Shown here in pieces: positions 9,275 to 19,420 of a stretch of 64,000 nucleotides of DNA. The notes beneath the pieces are model-generated. The model searched no databases, was not told the origin of the DNA, and saw nothing but the letters and a program-made list of their open reading frames with translations. The position numbers were made by a program, and so were the translations under genes. This DNA comes from a virus. Taxonomy: Duplodnaviria > Caudoviricetes. The stretch spans positions 1 through 64,000 of IMG/VR virus record IMGVR_UViG_3300028601_000023; one strand, 5' to 3'. Positions within the stretch are counted from its first letter, which is position 1. The number at the start of each line of letters is the position of its first letter.

Positions 9275-10624
9275 ATGGATTTTATTAGAAATAAATCACA
9301 TTCATTATCAGTACTAAAGATTAAAAGTATTGCTGAAGGGAAAGAAGAATCAGAATTTGATCTTCGGTATATCTTTGACGAACTAAACGTGTTTCACGAC
9401 ATTGATAACATTGTCACGTCAGGATATGTCACGATTAAAGAACAGGGGAATCTTATAGTATCTTGTCCAATTCAAGGAAAAGAAATTATAGAAATTAAAT
9501 TCAAGTCTGATTTTGAATCTGAAGAAGGCGAAGATCCTTGGGTCAAACGAGAATACCATCGAGTCTTCTTTGTATATGCTGTAGACGGGCTTCAAGAGTC
9601 TGGAGATAAACGGTCATACACAATTCGGTTCACTGATGCTCTAGGGATGATAAACAGTGATATGAGGCTGTCTATCAAATATGATGATAAAGCAGAAAAC
9701 ATTATAGAGAAGATTGGGAACGAAATCATCAATAAGAAAGAGCTCTATAATAAGTGGATTAAGAATACATATAACGGAACTCGAGATGTTTTAATGCTCC
9801 AGAAGGATGTAGAATCTGAACACAACATTATCTTTACTGTTCCAAACTGGAAACCTCTGAAGTTAATTAACTATATTACTAAGAAAGCCGTTTCAATCGA
9901 CCAACCTAATACTGAGAAGTTTGCTGATTGTTTATTCTTTCAGAGTGTGACTGGATTCTATAAATTTACATCATACAAACACATGATGACCGAGACTAAT
10001 AAAGACAAGAAGCGGAAGTTTGTTCGATACCCTGCTAATATTACTCAGGCTATTACTGACAAATATGTAGTAGAGAATTTCTCGTTTACTGATTTGTTTA
10101 ATAGCCAGATTCAGAAAGGTGGGATGTTTGGACATACTACTTTCACTGTAGACCTTGGGAATAAAGAATATATCAGTTCTCCAGTTCCTTATGAGGATGT
10201 TTTTGAAGCAATCAAATCTTATTACGGATCTAATCAGATTCTAAAAGAATACGCATCAGTTGAAATGTCTCCAGATAGTTCTCATGGCATTCATGTTTTC
10301 AATATCAATACAGATAATGCAAATGATTCTAACAGATTAGACTTTGTATATCCTGCAGTCGTAAAGGGTATTCCAATGGAAGCTCACATGAGATCTTTGA
10401 AGATATTTGTTGAAATGAATGGAGCTTCCGACTTGGATATTGGAACTGCTGTAGATCTAGACTTTAAACCTCATCCAAATGCTGAAAAACATGGTGGAGA
10501 TATTTCACAGTTTATCAATGGAACATGGGTAATCGGAAAGATCCGGCATACTATTACTCCAACAGCATTTAAGACGTTTGTTGAATGCTTTACTCCGTGC
10601 ATAAATAAACAGGGGAATTCATAA
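9275..10624 (+). CDS. Baseplate hub protein (gp27/VgrG-N-like)
   Basis: Between gp53 and gp5; PIQGKE, PNWKP, GTWVIGKIRH motifs. Confidence 0.6.
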   Translation: MDFIRNKSHSLSVLKIKSIAEGKEESEFDLRYIFDELNVFHDIDNIVTSGYVTIKEQGNLIVSCPIQGKEIIEIKFKSDFESEEGEDPWVKREYHRVFFVYAVDGLQESGDKRSYTIRFTDALGMINSDMRLSIKYDDKAENIIEKIGNEIINKKELYNKWIKNTYNGTRDVLMLQKDVESEHNIIFTVPNWKPLKLINYITKKAVSIDQPNTEKFADCLFFQSVTGFYKFTSYKHMMTETNKDKKRKFVRYPANITQAITDKYVVENFSFTDLFNSQIQKGGMFGHTTFTVDLGNKEYISSPVPYEDVFEAIKSYYGSNQILKEYASVEMSPDSSHGIHVFNINTDNANDSNRLDFVYPAVVKGIPMEAHMRSLKIFVEMNGASDLDIGTAVDLDFKPHPNAEKHGGDISQFINGTWVIGKIRHTITPTAFKTFVECFTPCINKQGNS

Positions 10625-11556
10625 TGCTAGGACAAGTACAATATTGGATGGGAGTAGTTGAAGAAATCGACGATCGCCCTCTACGTAGAGGTAGAATCAA
10701 AGTTAGAATCTTCGGTATCCACACAGATCAAACTGAACGAGACGATACTACAGGAAAAGGAATACCAACAGAAGATCTTCCATGGGCACAATGTGTAATG
10801 CCATTAACATATGGCGGTATTTCTACCAATGGAACAGTATCTCCTCCACAGGTTCTAAAAGGAGCGTGGGTCTTTGGTGTTACGTTAGACGGCGATGCTT
10901 ATAATACGCTTTTAGTTCTTGGAGTTCTTCCAGTCAAAGCAATGTCGAATGTTGCAACCAATCCTTTTGAATCTGCAGCTAATGCTATTACAAATATGGT
11001 AAAGTCTTTTCCGAAAGCTAACTTAGAATTTTTACCGTCTGATACCTGTAAAGACAAGTTTATGAAGTCTATTGAAGATATTGAATCTGGGTCTACTGGG
11101 AATAATTCGGTAGCATCATCCGCTGGCTGCTATGGTGTTATGCAGTTGAAAGCTCAATATGCAACAGATCATTTTAGAATGGCTATGAAAAATGAAGATC
11201 TGCGTAAACAGATAGAAGCTTCTACAGGTGTTTCAATGTCTCATGAACAGATCGCATCTAAGCTGAAATCCGATATTACGTTCAACCGAATTCTTGGAGA
11301 AGGAGTTTATACATATCATCTGAATACATATGACGATCCGGTCATTGCAGCTCTAGCATATAACCAAGGCGGCGGAGCATGTAATAAGTATCTGAAAAAG
11401 TATGGTGATCCACGAGACGGGCAGATCACCTATGATGAACTTGCAAACAAAATGATTGCAGACGGTAGAACAGAAGGCGGTCATTATATCAAGAAGTTCT
11501 TAGCAAGAATGGGCAAAGGTTCTGATCCTTGTCTAACAAATTTTAAGAGGTCTTAA
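10624..11556 (+). CDS. gp5 N-terminal OB-fold fused to an SLT-type lytic transglycosylase
   Basis: WMGVVE..D.P..GRIKVRIFGIH..LPWA (gp5 OB); IES, GVMQL, ALAYNQG (SLT motifs). Confidence 0.85.
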   Translation: MLGQVQYWMGVVEEIDDRPLRRGRIKVRIFGIHTDQTERDDTTGKGIPTEDLPWAQCVMPLTYGGISTNGTVSPPQVLKGAWVFGVTLDGDAYNTLLVLGVLPVKAMSNVATNPFESAANAITNMVKSFPKANLEFLPSDTCKDKFMKSIEDIESGSTGNNSVASSAGCYGVMQLKAQYATDHFRMAMKNEDLRKQIEASTGVSMSHEQIASKLKSDITFNRILGEGVYTYHLNTYDDPVIAALAYNQGGGACNKYLKKYGDPRDGQITYDELANKMIADGRTEGGHYIKKFLARMGKGSDPCLTNFKRS

Positions 11557-13004
11557 TGAGTACTGAAATAGAACAATATGAAATAGAACAAGTTAACGAT
11601 TATTTTGAGAATGGGTTCGAGTTTGGTGACTGGACTCCTATTATAGAAAAACATACTTCTCAGATGGCTACTGAAATTCAGCTGAATACTTCTCTTATAG
11701 ACTATCTTCAGAGTCCAGAAGCAGTATACATAGATGCAGATCTCAGAGCCTCTTCGATTGCAACTGCTCTAAGTAATATAGAATCGATCAAATCATCTTA
11801 TGATTCATTGGGTGGAGTCATAACCAACTTCAAGTCTTTTGGATACGGAGTTGATGACGCGTCTATTAGTTCTATTACAGCGATGCAACACCAAGCAAAT
11901 GAATTGCTTCGAAATTTTACCAGTCTGCAAGCTCATGTTGATGCCATTGTTGGAATGATCTCAAGCCCATTATTGCAAGTTTCAAATATTGCTAACTTGA
12001 TGAAATTGAAAGTAAATACTATTTCTGACTTGGTTGCTGAAATCTCTGGCATAAACATTATGAACGCTTTTGATGTTCTTCCAACAGAGATTGGAAATAA
12101 ACTGCTTCAAACGGACTACATTGTCGATGCATTTACTGCTCCAAAACGTATAGCAAATATGGTTGGAAATATTTCATCAACTATTCCAGCAATTACTGTG
12201 GATACTAATATGAATGCTATCAGAACAGTATTCAAACAGATGAGTACTGTTCTGAATACTGCTGCTTCTGCTGATGGATTATTGTCTACTGCTACAAGAG
12301 CGATGAACACTTTTGTTGATAATGTAAAGCGCGGAAATTATTATGGTGTTATTAGTAAGTCATCAGGGGCTCTTAGATTCATTGAACGACCAACTGAATA
12401 TGCTGCACAATATCCATTCAACCAAGCCCATACAACGTCATCTGGGCATTTAATAGAGATAGACGACACTGAAGGAGCAGAGCGTTTACAGATTAAACAT
12501 AAAATAGGATCCGGTGTAGAGGTTCTACCAGATGGTGCTATCATCGCAAAGTCAAAGAATGATATGCAGATCGTCATCGACAAGAACGGAGAAATCTACA
12601 TCAAGGGTAATTGTAATATTACTGTGAACGGAAACACCTCTCTATATGGAAAGGGGGTCATTGCTGTAGACTCAGACACAAGCGTTTCTGTTACTGCTCC
12701 AGAAGCTCTAGTAATGACAGAAGGACCAACAACAGTCTCAGCAATTGATGTCAATATTTTGTCATCTGGAGTAACAACTCTGTCATCTGGACAATCAACA
12801 TGTGTAGCATCAAGGGGTCCTGTAACTATAGCATCAGACACAAGTATTTTATTAGACGCGCCATCCATTGATATTGGAAAAGGACGAACAAAATCTTTAA
12901 AGCTGCTTTCTATCGGATCTATAAGTTCTTTGTCTACTGGTGATACATCAATAAAATCTGGAAGTTTGATAGACGGGAAAGCTCCTCTGATCAAGCTAAA
13001 TTAA
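11556..13004 (+). CDS. gp5 C-terminal spike protein (helical region + beta-helix)
   Basis: YPFNQAHTTSSGHLIEIDDTEGAERL motif, beta repeats, C-terminal APLIKLN. Confidence 0.8.
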   Translation: MSTEIEQYEIEQVNDYFENGFEFGDWTPIIEKHTSQMATEIQLNTSLIDYLQSPEAVYIDADLRASSIATALSNIESIKSSYDSLGGVITNFKSFGYGVDDASISSITAMQHQANELLRNFTSLQAHVDAIVGMISSPLLQVSNIANLMKLKVNTISDLVAEISGINIMNAFDVLPTEIGNKLLQTDYIVDAFTAPKRIANMVGNISSTIPAITVDTNMNAIRTVFKQMSTVLNTAASADGLLSTATRAMNTFVDNVKRGNYYGVISKSSGALRFIERPTEYAAQYPFNQAHTTSSGHLIEIDDTEGAERLQIKHKIGSGVEVLPDGAIIAKSKNDMQIVIDKNGEIYIKGNCNITVNGNTSLYGKGVIAVDSDTSVSVTAPEALVMTEGPTTVSAIDVNILSSGVTTLSSGQSTCVASRGPVTIASDTSILLDAPSIDIGKGRTKSLKLLSIGSISSLSTGDTSIKSGSLIDGKAPLIKLN

Positions 13005-13036
13005 AAAACATAAATTTAGTTACTATCAATATGATT

Positions 13037-13044
13037 GATAAATA
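13037..13044 (+). promoter_or_regulatory. Late promoter (GATAAATA) for gp18-19
   Basis: Variant late box in the intergenic gap; AAGGAG SD downstream. Confidence 0.65.
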
Positions 13045-13106
13045 AAACTGAAACCTAAACCCAATTTTGTAACGATTTTAGGAAATAATAAAGGAGAATT
13101 TATAAT

Positions 13107-14687
13107 ATGGCCATTTCTGGAAGCCCAAGCATTGTAATTAAAGAAGAAGATCGCAGTACGTACGTATTGCCCGCTTCTACTACTGTTGGTGCTCTCGTTG
13201 GTGATTTTGAATGGGGTCCTGCTTTTGAAGCACAGACTGTATCAAACGAGGGCAATCTTGTAAAAATTTTCGGCAAGCCTGTCGACCGCAACTATAAAGA
13301 TTGGTTTGTAGCTGCTAACTTTTTGACTTATTCTGGTGCTCTGCGTGTAGTACGTGTAGTTGATGAAGAATCTAAGAACGCTTCTGATGTACTAGCTGAA
13401 GCAGTACAGATCAAAAACGACTCCCATTTCACTTCTGTGTATGGCACTCTTTCTGGTGTTGGTAAAACTGCTAAGATTTTTGCTCGTTGTCCTGGTACTT
13501 TCGGCAACACTCTTAAGGTAGTGATTTCTGATAAAGTTGGTTTAGAAACCGAAGGTAATATTTTGATGCCATATGTTTCAAAGACTCTAAATGATAATGA
13601 TGTTGCCCTCGGCGTATTCATTAATAACGAGCTCGTAGAATTTGGTATGTATTCCTTTGATCCAAATTCTAAAGATATGTCAGGGTATCCAAACTATATC
13701 ATCACAGCTGTCAATCGGACTTCTAAATATGTGTATTTGATTGAAAGCACACTTATTTCATATACTGAATCTGTTCGTAATGCAATCAATATTAATACGA
13801 CTCTAGTTGGTGGAACATCTGTTGCTCTTACTGATGCTGAATATACTCTTGGATGGAACCTTTTCAAGAATGCCGACATTGAAGAAGTATCCCTTCTATT
13901 GCAGGGTGGAGCTTCTGCTACTATTGGTGGGTATATGATTACATCCGTTGCTGATTTCCGGAAAGATTGCGTAGCGTGTGTGTCCCCAATGCTGACTGAT
14001 GTTGTGAATGCTGCTGATCCTATTACGTCCATGAAAGCAACATATGTATCTTACGCTGCTTCTTCATATCGTTTTGGTGATGGCAACTACAAATACCAGT
14101 TCGACGCTTACAATGATACATACCGCTGGGTTCCTTGTAATGGTGATACTGCTGGCCTGATGGCTCTAACCGACGTAGAAGAAAGACCTTGGTTCTCCCC
14201 TGCTGGTAAAACTATTCGGAACTGTGTAAAGCTTGCGTTCTACCCTGACAAAGCACAGCGTGATGAAATGTATGTTGCTAATATCAATCCGATTACTGCT
14301 TTTAAAGAAGAAGGGCATGTTCTTTATGGTGACTGGACTGGTGTAGATAACTCTGCATTCAACTTCATCAATGTTCGTAGATGTTTTATCTACATGGAAA
14401 AGTCTATTGCAACTGCTGCTCGCAAGATCATGTGGAAACAGAATGATGCTATTACTCAGACTCAGTTTGTACAGTTTGTAGAACCTTTCTTACGTGATGT
14501 ACAGGGTGGTCGTGGTATTTCTGAATATAAAATCTTTGCTGACAGTTCTGTAAATACTCCAGACATCATGGATCAAGGACTGTTTGTTGCAAAGATCGCA
14601 GTTAAACCTATTCGTTCCATTCGTTGGATTGAATTGACATTTATTGCTTCTCGTTCTGACGTATCCTTCGAAGAGCTAGTAGCTTAA
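13107..14687 (+). CDS. gp18: Tail sheath protein
   Basis: SP..V.KE.D, GDFEWGP, YKYQFDAYND.YRWVP, WFSPAG, INVRR motifs. Confidence 0.97.
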   Translation: MAISGSPSIVIKEEDRSTYVLPASTTVGALVGDFEWGPAFEAQTVSNEGNLVKIFGKPVDRNYKDWFVAANFLTYSGALRVVRVVDEESKNASDVLAEAVQIKNDSHFTSVYGTLSGVGKTAKIFARCPGTFGNTLKVVISDKVGLETEGNILMPYVSKTLNDNDVALGVFINNELVEFGMYSFDPNSKDMSGYPNYIITAVNRTSKYVYLIESTLISYTESVRNAININTTLVGGTSVALTDAEYTLGWNLFKNADIEEVSLLLQGGASATIGGYMITSVADFRKDCVACVSPMLTDVVNAADPITSMKATYVSYAASSYRFGDGNYKYQFDAYNDTYRWVPCNGDTAGLMALTDVEERPWFSPAGKTIRNCVKLAFYPDKAQRDEMYVANINPITAFKEEGHVLYGDWTGVDNSAFNFINVRRCFIYMEKSIATAARKIMWKQNDAITQTQFVQFVEPFLRDVQGGRGISEYKIFADSSVNTPDIMDQGLFVAKIAVKPIRSIRWIELTFIASRSDVSFEELVA

Positions 14688-14705
14688 TATAGGAGTTAAT
14701 GAATA

Positions 14706-15218
14706 ATGAATATTAATGGATTTAAAGCAACTGTACAGAGTATCGCCAGACCTACACTATTTGATGTAATGATCTCTGGACCAGCTGTACAGACTATGGA
14801 TATGGAATTGCTTCAGTTCACATGTAAGGCTGCGTCTCTACCAGCCAGCACATTTGGTAAAATTGAGGTACCGTTTTATGGAAGAAAGGTAAACATGCCC
14901 GGAGATCGTTTATTCCAGGAATGGCAGACCACTGTAATTTTGGATGCTGACTTTACAATTTATAAGCAGCTAATGAACTGGCATCAGAAAATGTCAGATG
15001 CAGCTGGGAACGTTTCTCTAACTGCAAACGTCAACGCCTTCAAGTGTGATGCTATTATCAAATCTTATGATACAGCAGGCAACCCTGGAATTACTGGTCA
15101 ATTGACTGGATGTTGGCCCGGAGAAATTCAGCAGCTTGATCTTGCATGGGATCAAAATGATTCTACTCTAGATCTAATTGTATCATGGAACTTCGACTAC
15201 TGGACTGTAATAGCGTAA
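14706..15218 (+). CDS. gp19: Tail tube protein
   Basis: ARPTLF, CKAASLPAS, VPFYGRK..PGDR, FDYW motifs. Confidence 0.95.
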   Translation: MNINGFKATVQSIARPTLFDVMISGPAVQTMDMELLQFTCKAASLPASTFGKIEVPFYGRKVNMPGDRLFQEWQTTVILDADFTIYKQLMNWHQKMSDAAGNVSLTANVNAFKCDAIIKSYDTAGNPGITGQLTGCWPGEIQQLDLAWDQNDSTLDLIVSWNFDYWTVIA

Positions 15219-15226
15219 TCTTGTTA

Positions 15227-15265
15227 TATAAATAGATTTGAGGGGGTTCTTGACTCCCTCAAATC
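15227..15265 (+). promoter_or_regulatory. Late promoter TATAAATA followed by a strong hairpin, upstream of portal
   Basis: TATAAATA then GATTTGAGGG...CCCTCAAATC. Confidence 0.7.
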
Positions 15266-15278
15266 ATTAAAGGACTAT

Positions 15279-16757
15279 TTGATGTTAACTATAACTAACA
15301 AGAAAACTTATGCAGGGCGAGAAGTGACGCTCCGAGATTTCTCAGAACCATTGCAAGATGTCAAGGAAACAACATCTTATGGCGAGAGAATGTTGTTTAC
15401 TATCGACTTAGATCCTACTCCTCAAGTTTTTGAATTGGCTAAGTACGAAAATGAAATGATTCGTATTTGGCGTAATATGGCTAAAAACCCATATATAGAT
15501 TTCGCTGTTGATGATATTGTGAATGAAATGATTTCACATCTGTCTGATGATGTCTATCCAATTGATCTTGATCTTGACAACACAAAATTTTCTCAGGCAA
15601 TCCGAGACAAGATTCATGAAGAATGGACTACTATTCTAAAGCTTTTAGAATTCAACAAAAAGTCATATTCCATTTTACGAGATTGGTATATTGACGGTAA
15701 AGCTCTTTTCTATGTCAAACCGGATAAAGGTAAAAAGGGGTTGTGTGATATTGTTCAGTTGGATCCAACTCGTATTAAGAAAGTTGTCAAAGAAGATAAG
15801 TCTGTCACATACGTCTATCAGGACATTGATCTAACAAACACCCTTTTAGAAATCCCAGAAGAATATATCATTGAAATTGTTTCTGGTATCATGGATGAAA
15901 AGCATCAGATCTGGGTGTCATATTTGAATAAAGCGTATGTTGCATTGAATCAGCTTTCATCTGTTGAAGATGCTCTTGTTATCTATCGTCTATCTAGAGC
16001 TCCTGAACGACGGGTTTTCTATATTGACGTTGGTGAATTGCCAAAGGCTAAAGCAGAAGCATATATGAAAGAGTTGATCCGAAACTACCGGAACAAAATG
16101 GAATACGATCCAAATACTGGTAGAATCAAAGAACAAACTCGTCATTCTTCTATTCTAGATGATATCTGGCTTCCACGCAGAGATGGAAATCGTGGTACTG
16201 AAGTATCTACTTTACAAGGTGGAACTAATCTCAATAACCTTGATGATGTTCAGATCTTCATGCAGAAGTTATTCCGTGCACTGAATATTCCTTTTTCTCG
16301 TTTTGCTGATAATCAATCAGCACAGAATATCATTGGAAGGTCTACTGAGATAACAAGAGATGAAGTAAAATATTCAAAATTTGTTATTCGTCTAAGACAT
16401 CAGTTCAACAGTTTGTTCTATGTTCTTCTGAGACATCAACTACATTTGAAGAATATTGTTAGATCAGATGAACTAAATGAAGAGCGTGAGTCTATTATAT
16501 TCAAATGGAACTCAGATTCATTGTTCTCAGAATTCCGCAAATTAGATGTTCTGACTGAGCGTTCTAATCTGATCGAAAAATATATGCCTCATGTTGGAAA
16601 GCTTGTTTCTTTGAAATGGATTAAGTCTGAACTGATGGGTATGACTGATGATGATATTGCCGAGATGGAAAAAGAAATGGAAAAAGAAAAGCCGATGCTA
16701 GATGCAATGGCTAAAGACGAATTAGAACAATCTGGAGGAAACAATTTTGGACAATAA
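15279..16757 (+). CDS. gp20: Portal vertex protein
   Basis: WYIDG, EDALVIYRLSRAPERRVFYIDVG, WLPRRDG.RGTEV.TL.GG. Confidence 0.98.
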   Translation: MMLTITNKKTYAGREVTLRDFSEPLQDVKETTSYGERMLFTIDLDPTPQVFELAKYENEMIRIWRNMAKNPYIDFAVDDIVNEMISHLSDDVYPIDLDLDNTKFSQAIRDKIHEEWTTILKLLEFNKKSYSILRDWYIDGKALFYVKPDKGKKGLCDIVQLDPTRIKKVVKEDKSVTYVYQDIDLTNTLLEIPEEYIIEIVSGIMDEKHQIWVSYLNKAYVALNQLSSVEDALVIYRLSRAPERRVFYIDVGELPKAKAEAYMKELIRNYRNKMEYDPNTGRIKEQTRHSSILDDIWLPRRDGNRGTEVSTLQGGTNLNNLDDVQIFMQKLFRALNIPFSRFADNQSAQNIIGRSTEITRDEVKYSKFVIRLRHQFNSLFYVLLRHQLHLKNIVRSDELNEERESIIFKWNSDSLFSEFRKLDVLTERSNLIEKYMPHVGKLVSLKWIKSELMGMTDDDIAEMEKEMEKEKPMLDAMAKDELEQSGGNNFGQ

Positions 16758-16758
16758 T

Positions 16759-16908
16759 GTGAAAGAATTTTTAGATAAAAGAATTGATACCAATTATACA
16801 TTAGATCGAGTTAGTATTGAACCAGAACGATTCGTGCAAGCTGCTTCAACTGCTCTAATGGATTATGTATATGAGATTGCACAGACCAATTTAGAAAATG
16901 GTGAATAA
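16759..16908 (+). CDS. Small 49-aa ORF at the gp67/68 position (GTG start; not in the ORF track)
   Basis: Open frame VKEFLDKRIDT...LENGE* fills the gap between portal and protease. Confidence 0.5.
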   Translation: MKEFLDKRIDTNYTLDRVSIEPERFVQAASTALMDYVYEIAQTNLENGE

Positions 16909-16909
16909 G

Positions 16910-17563
16910 ATGAAACTGATATCAGAAAATTTTGATTGTCAAGTACAGATCACAGAAGCTGTAGATGAGAATCAGAATAAGACGGTATACCTGGAAGGGA
17001 TTTTTGCTCAAGCTGAAAAGAGAAATCGCAATAACAGAGTATACCCAAAACGAATTCTTGAAAATGCTGTAAAAGTATATAATGAAGAATTTGTTAGAAC
17101 ACACAGAGCTCTCGGTGAACTTCTACATCCGTCTGAGCCAACAGTAAATCCTGAAAGAGCGTGTATCTTAATTGAATCTCTTTCATGGTCTGGAAACGAT
17201 GTTATTGGAAAAGCAAAAATATTGACTACGCCTATTGGTAATACAGTACGAGCTCTAATCAAAGATGGCGTTCAACTTGGTGTTTCAACCAGAGGTCTTG
17301 GCTCAGTTCGCACTCTTGCTGATAATACTTCTCAGGTAGAAGACGATTTCACGATCAAGGCTATTGATGTAGTTCATAATCCTTCTGGGATTGATTGTTT
17401 TGTGAATGGAATTATGGAAGGCGTAGACTGGTACTACGATAACGGATTACTAAAGGCTAAGGAAATTGAAGCAATAGAAGAGAACATAAGGAAGAATGAT
17501 ATCAAAGCTATTCAAGAAGATTTCAGTAACTTTATGAATCGAATTCTATCTTTACTAAATTAA
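16910..17563 (+). CDS. gp21: Prohead core protease
   Basis: LEGIFAQAE.RNRN.RVYP, ALGEL.HP, GVSTRGLGS, DVV.NPS; start at MKLISE. Confidence 0.96.
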   Translation: MKLISENFDCQVQITEAVDENQNKTVYLEGIFAQAEKRNRNNRVYPKRILENAVKVYNEEFVRTHRALGELLHPSEPTVNPERACILIESLSWSGNDVIGKAKILTTPIGNTVRALIKDGVQLGVSTRGLGSVRTLADNTSQVEDDFTIKAIDVVHNPSGIDCFVNGIMEGVDWYYDNGLLKAKEIEAIEENIRKNDIKAIQEDFSNFMNRILSLLN

Positions 17564-17605
17564 CTTTGATAAATAAAAATATAACGATTACGGGAGTTTT
17601 ATAAA

Positions 17606-19309
17606 ATGCCTAAACACAAAGATTTTGTTTTGGAAAACGTTGATCCTGCTATCACTGATAGTGTAGTTGACAATGTTTCTGAGCTATTAGATATTGTACT
17701 TGAATCAGTAGTAAAGAAAATTGTTGCTAACGAATCTATTGATGCAGTATCATTTCGTAAGTCTGATGAAGGGAAACTAGCATTTCAGAAATATGCTAAA
17801 TCTAATGGTCTAACCGAATCTGAGGACGAAGATTTCACCTCAGTACTAACCGCAGAAGAAGTTGCTGCAATCGATGAACTAATTGACTCCTATATTGCTG
17901 ACCTTTCTGAAGCAGTAAAAGATGACGATGAGATCGATCCTGAAACCGGCGAGAAGAGCGACGATGACGATGACCTTGATGAACTTCAGGTCAAACATAT
18001 GTCTGCTAAAGAAAAGCTAGATTCAAAAATGTATCGGAAATCTGCTGCCGGTAAAAAAGCAATCAAGAAATTTGTAAAGAAATCTCAGAAAGCATCATAC
18101 AAAGCTGATCCTAAACTTTCCCGCACCATGCAGAAAGTTGCTAAGCTTCGTAGAGAAGACGAACAGGAAGACGAGACTATGGGTCTGTCTGAAGAAGAAC
18201 TCGCCGCTCTTGATGCGTTTATTGTTGACATCATGGAATCCGCTGAGGAAATCAAAGAAGCATGCAAAAAAGAATCTGAAGAAGATCCTGAATCTGACAA
18301 CGATGAAGAAGATCCAGAATACGAATCCGACGACGAAGGTGGTGATGCTGACGACGATGAAGTAGATGAAGTTGCTGTAAAGCACATGACCGCGAAAGAA
18401 AAGCTTAAGGCTAAAATGTATCGTAAGTCATCTGCTGGCAAGAAATCTTTGAAGAAGTACGCCAAAAAGGTTTCCCGTGCAGGCTATAAGGTAGACAAAG
18501 CTCTATCTCGTAAAATGTCAAAGGTTGCAAAACTTCGCCGTGAGTCTATCGAAGAACAGTTGACTGAAGCAATGAAAGACATTGAAGTTTTTGGAACTCT
18601 TAATGAGTCTGAATCTGCTACTATCAAAACTTTGTTTACTGAATCAGTTGTCAAGTTCCTTGATGAATCTGAGACCAAAATTGTTAGCGCACTAACTGAA
18701 GAGTTCGAAGGATATGTTTCTAGTGAAATCATTCCTTCTATTGTAGATACATTCGACACTGCGTATGTTCCTGAGATTGTCGAGTCCTTGAACAAAAACG
18801 TAGAAAAGTATCTACAATTTGTTGCTGAAGATATTGCCTCTACACTATCTGAGAAGAATCTCATTGTAAAATCTGAAAAGAGTTTGCAGTTGGAAGACTT
18901 TACATCAGAACTACTTGGAATGATCAAAACAAAGCTTCAGATCATTCCTGAGCAGGAAGATGCAATGCTTGTTCTGAAATCACGTGTTGATCAGTTGAAG
19001 GATCAGCTTGATGAATCTATTGTTGAAAAGGTTAAATTGAAGAATGCTCTTGATGAATCTAAGAAAGAGCAGTTCCTTCTTTCCGGAATTCTTTCTGATC
19101 TGTCTGAAGCAAAGAAAGAGAAGTTCTTAGAATATGTACATGATGAATTGTTTGAAATGGACTATTCTGACTTTACTGAGAAAGTAAAAACTGAACTCAA
19201 AGCTGCTTCTACAGTTGTTGATACAAAGATTGAAGAAGATACCAAAACAATCGAAAAACCGATTGTAGATAATATGGATCTTGCTTCTCGGGCTCGTCGT
19301 CTAGGTTAA
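17606..19309 (+). CDS. gp22: Prohead scaffold (gp22-like) with a long acidic/basic repeat extension
   Basis: Between gp21 and gp23; helical C-terminal half; two 56-aa basic repeats; GATAAATA promoter at 17568. Confidence 0.8.
   Translation: MPKHKDFVLENVDPAITDSVVDNVSELLDIVLESVVKKIVANESIDAVSFRKSDEGKLAFQKYAKSNGLTESEDEDFTSVLTAEEVAAIDELIDSYIADLSEAVKDDDEIDPETGEKSDDDDDLDELQVKHMSAKEKLDSKMYRKSAAGKKAIKKFVKKSQKASYKADPKLSRTMQKVAKLRREDEQEDETMGLSEEELAALDAFIVDIMESAEEIKEACKKESEEDPESDNDEEDPEYESDDEGGDADDDEVDEVAVKHMTAKEKLKAKMYRKSSAGKKSLKKYAKKVSRAGYKVDKALSRKMSKVAKLRRESIEEQLTEAMKDIEVFGTLNESESATIKTLFTESVVKFLDESETKIVSALTEEFEGYVSSEIIPSIVDTFDTAYVPEIVESLNKNVEKYLQFVAEDIASTLSEKNLIVKSEKSLQLEDFTSELLGMIKTKLQIIPEQEDAMLVLKSRVDQLKDQLDESIVEKVKLKNALDESKKEQFLLSGILSDLSEAKKEKFLEYVHDELFEMDYSDFTEKVKTELKAASTVVDTKIEEDTKTIEKPIVDNMDLASRARRLG
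17990..18544 (+). repeat. Intragenic duplication of a 56-codon module (17990-18157 and 18377-18544)
   Basis: VKHM(S/T)AKEKL..KMYRKS.AGKK..KK..KK...A.YK.D..LSR.M.KVAKLRRE occurs twice. Confidence 0.9.
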
Positions 19310-19355
19310 ATCGGAGGGGTTTCTAACCCCTCATCAAATTACTATTTTAACATTG

Positions 19356-19363
19356 TATAAATA
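19356..19363 (+). promoter_or_regulatory. Late promoter TATAAATA for gp23
   Basis: Exact consensus; AGGAG SD before the ATG at 19421. Confidence 0.8.
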
Positions 19364-19420
19364 AAATAAATTTAAAAAATAAGTTTACTGACTTATCTAA
19401 TTATTAGGAGACTATATAAA

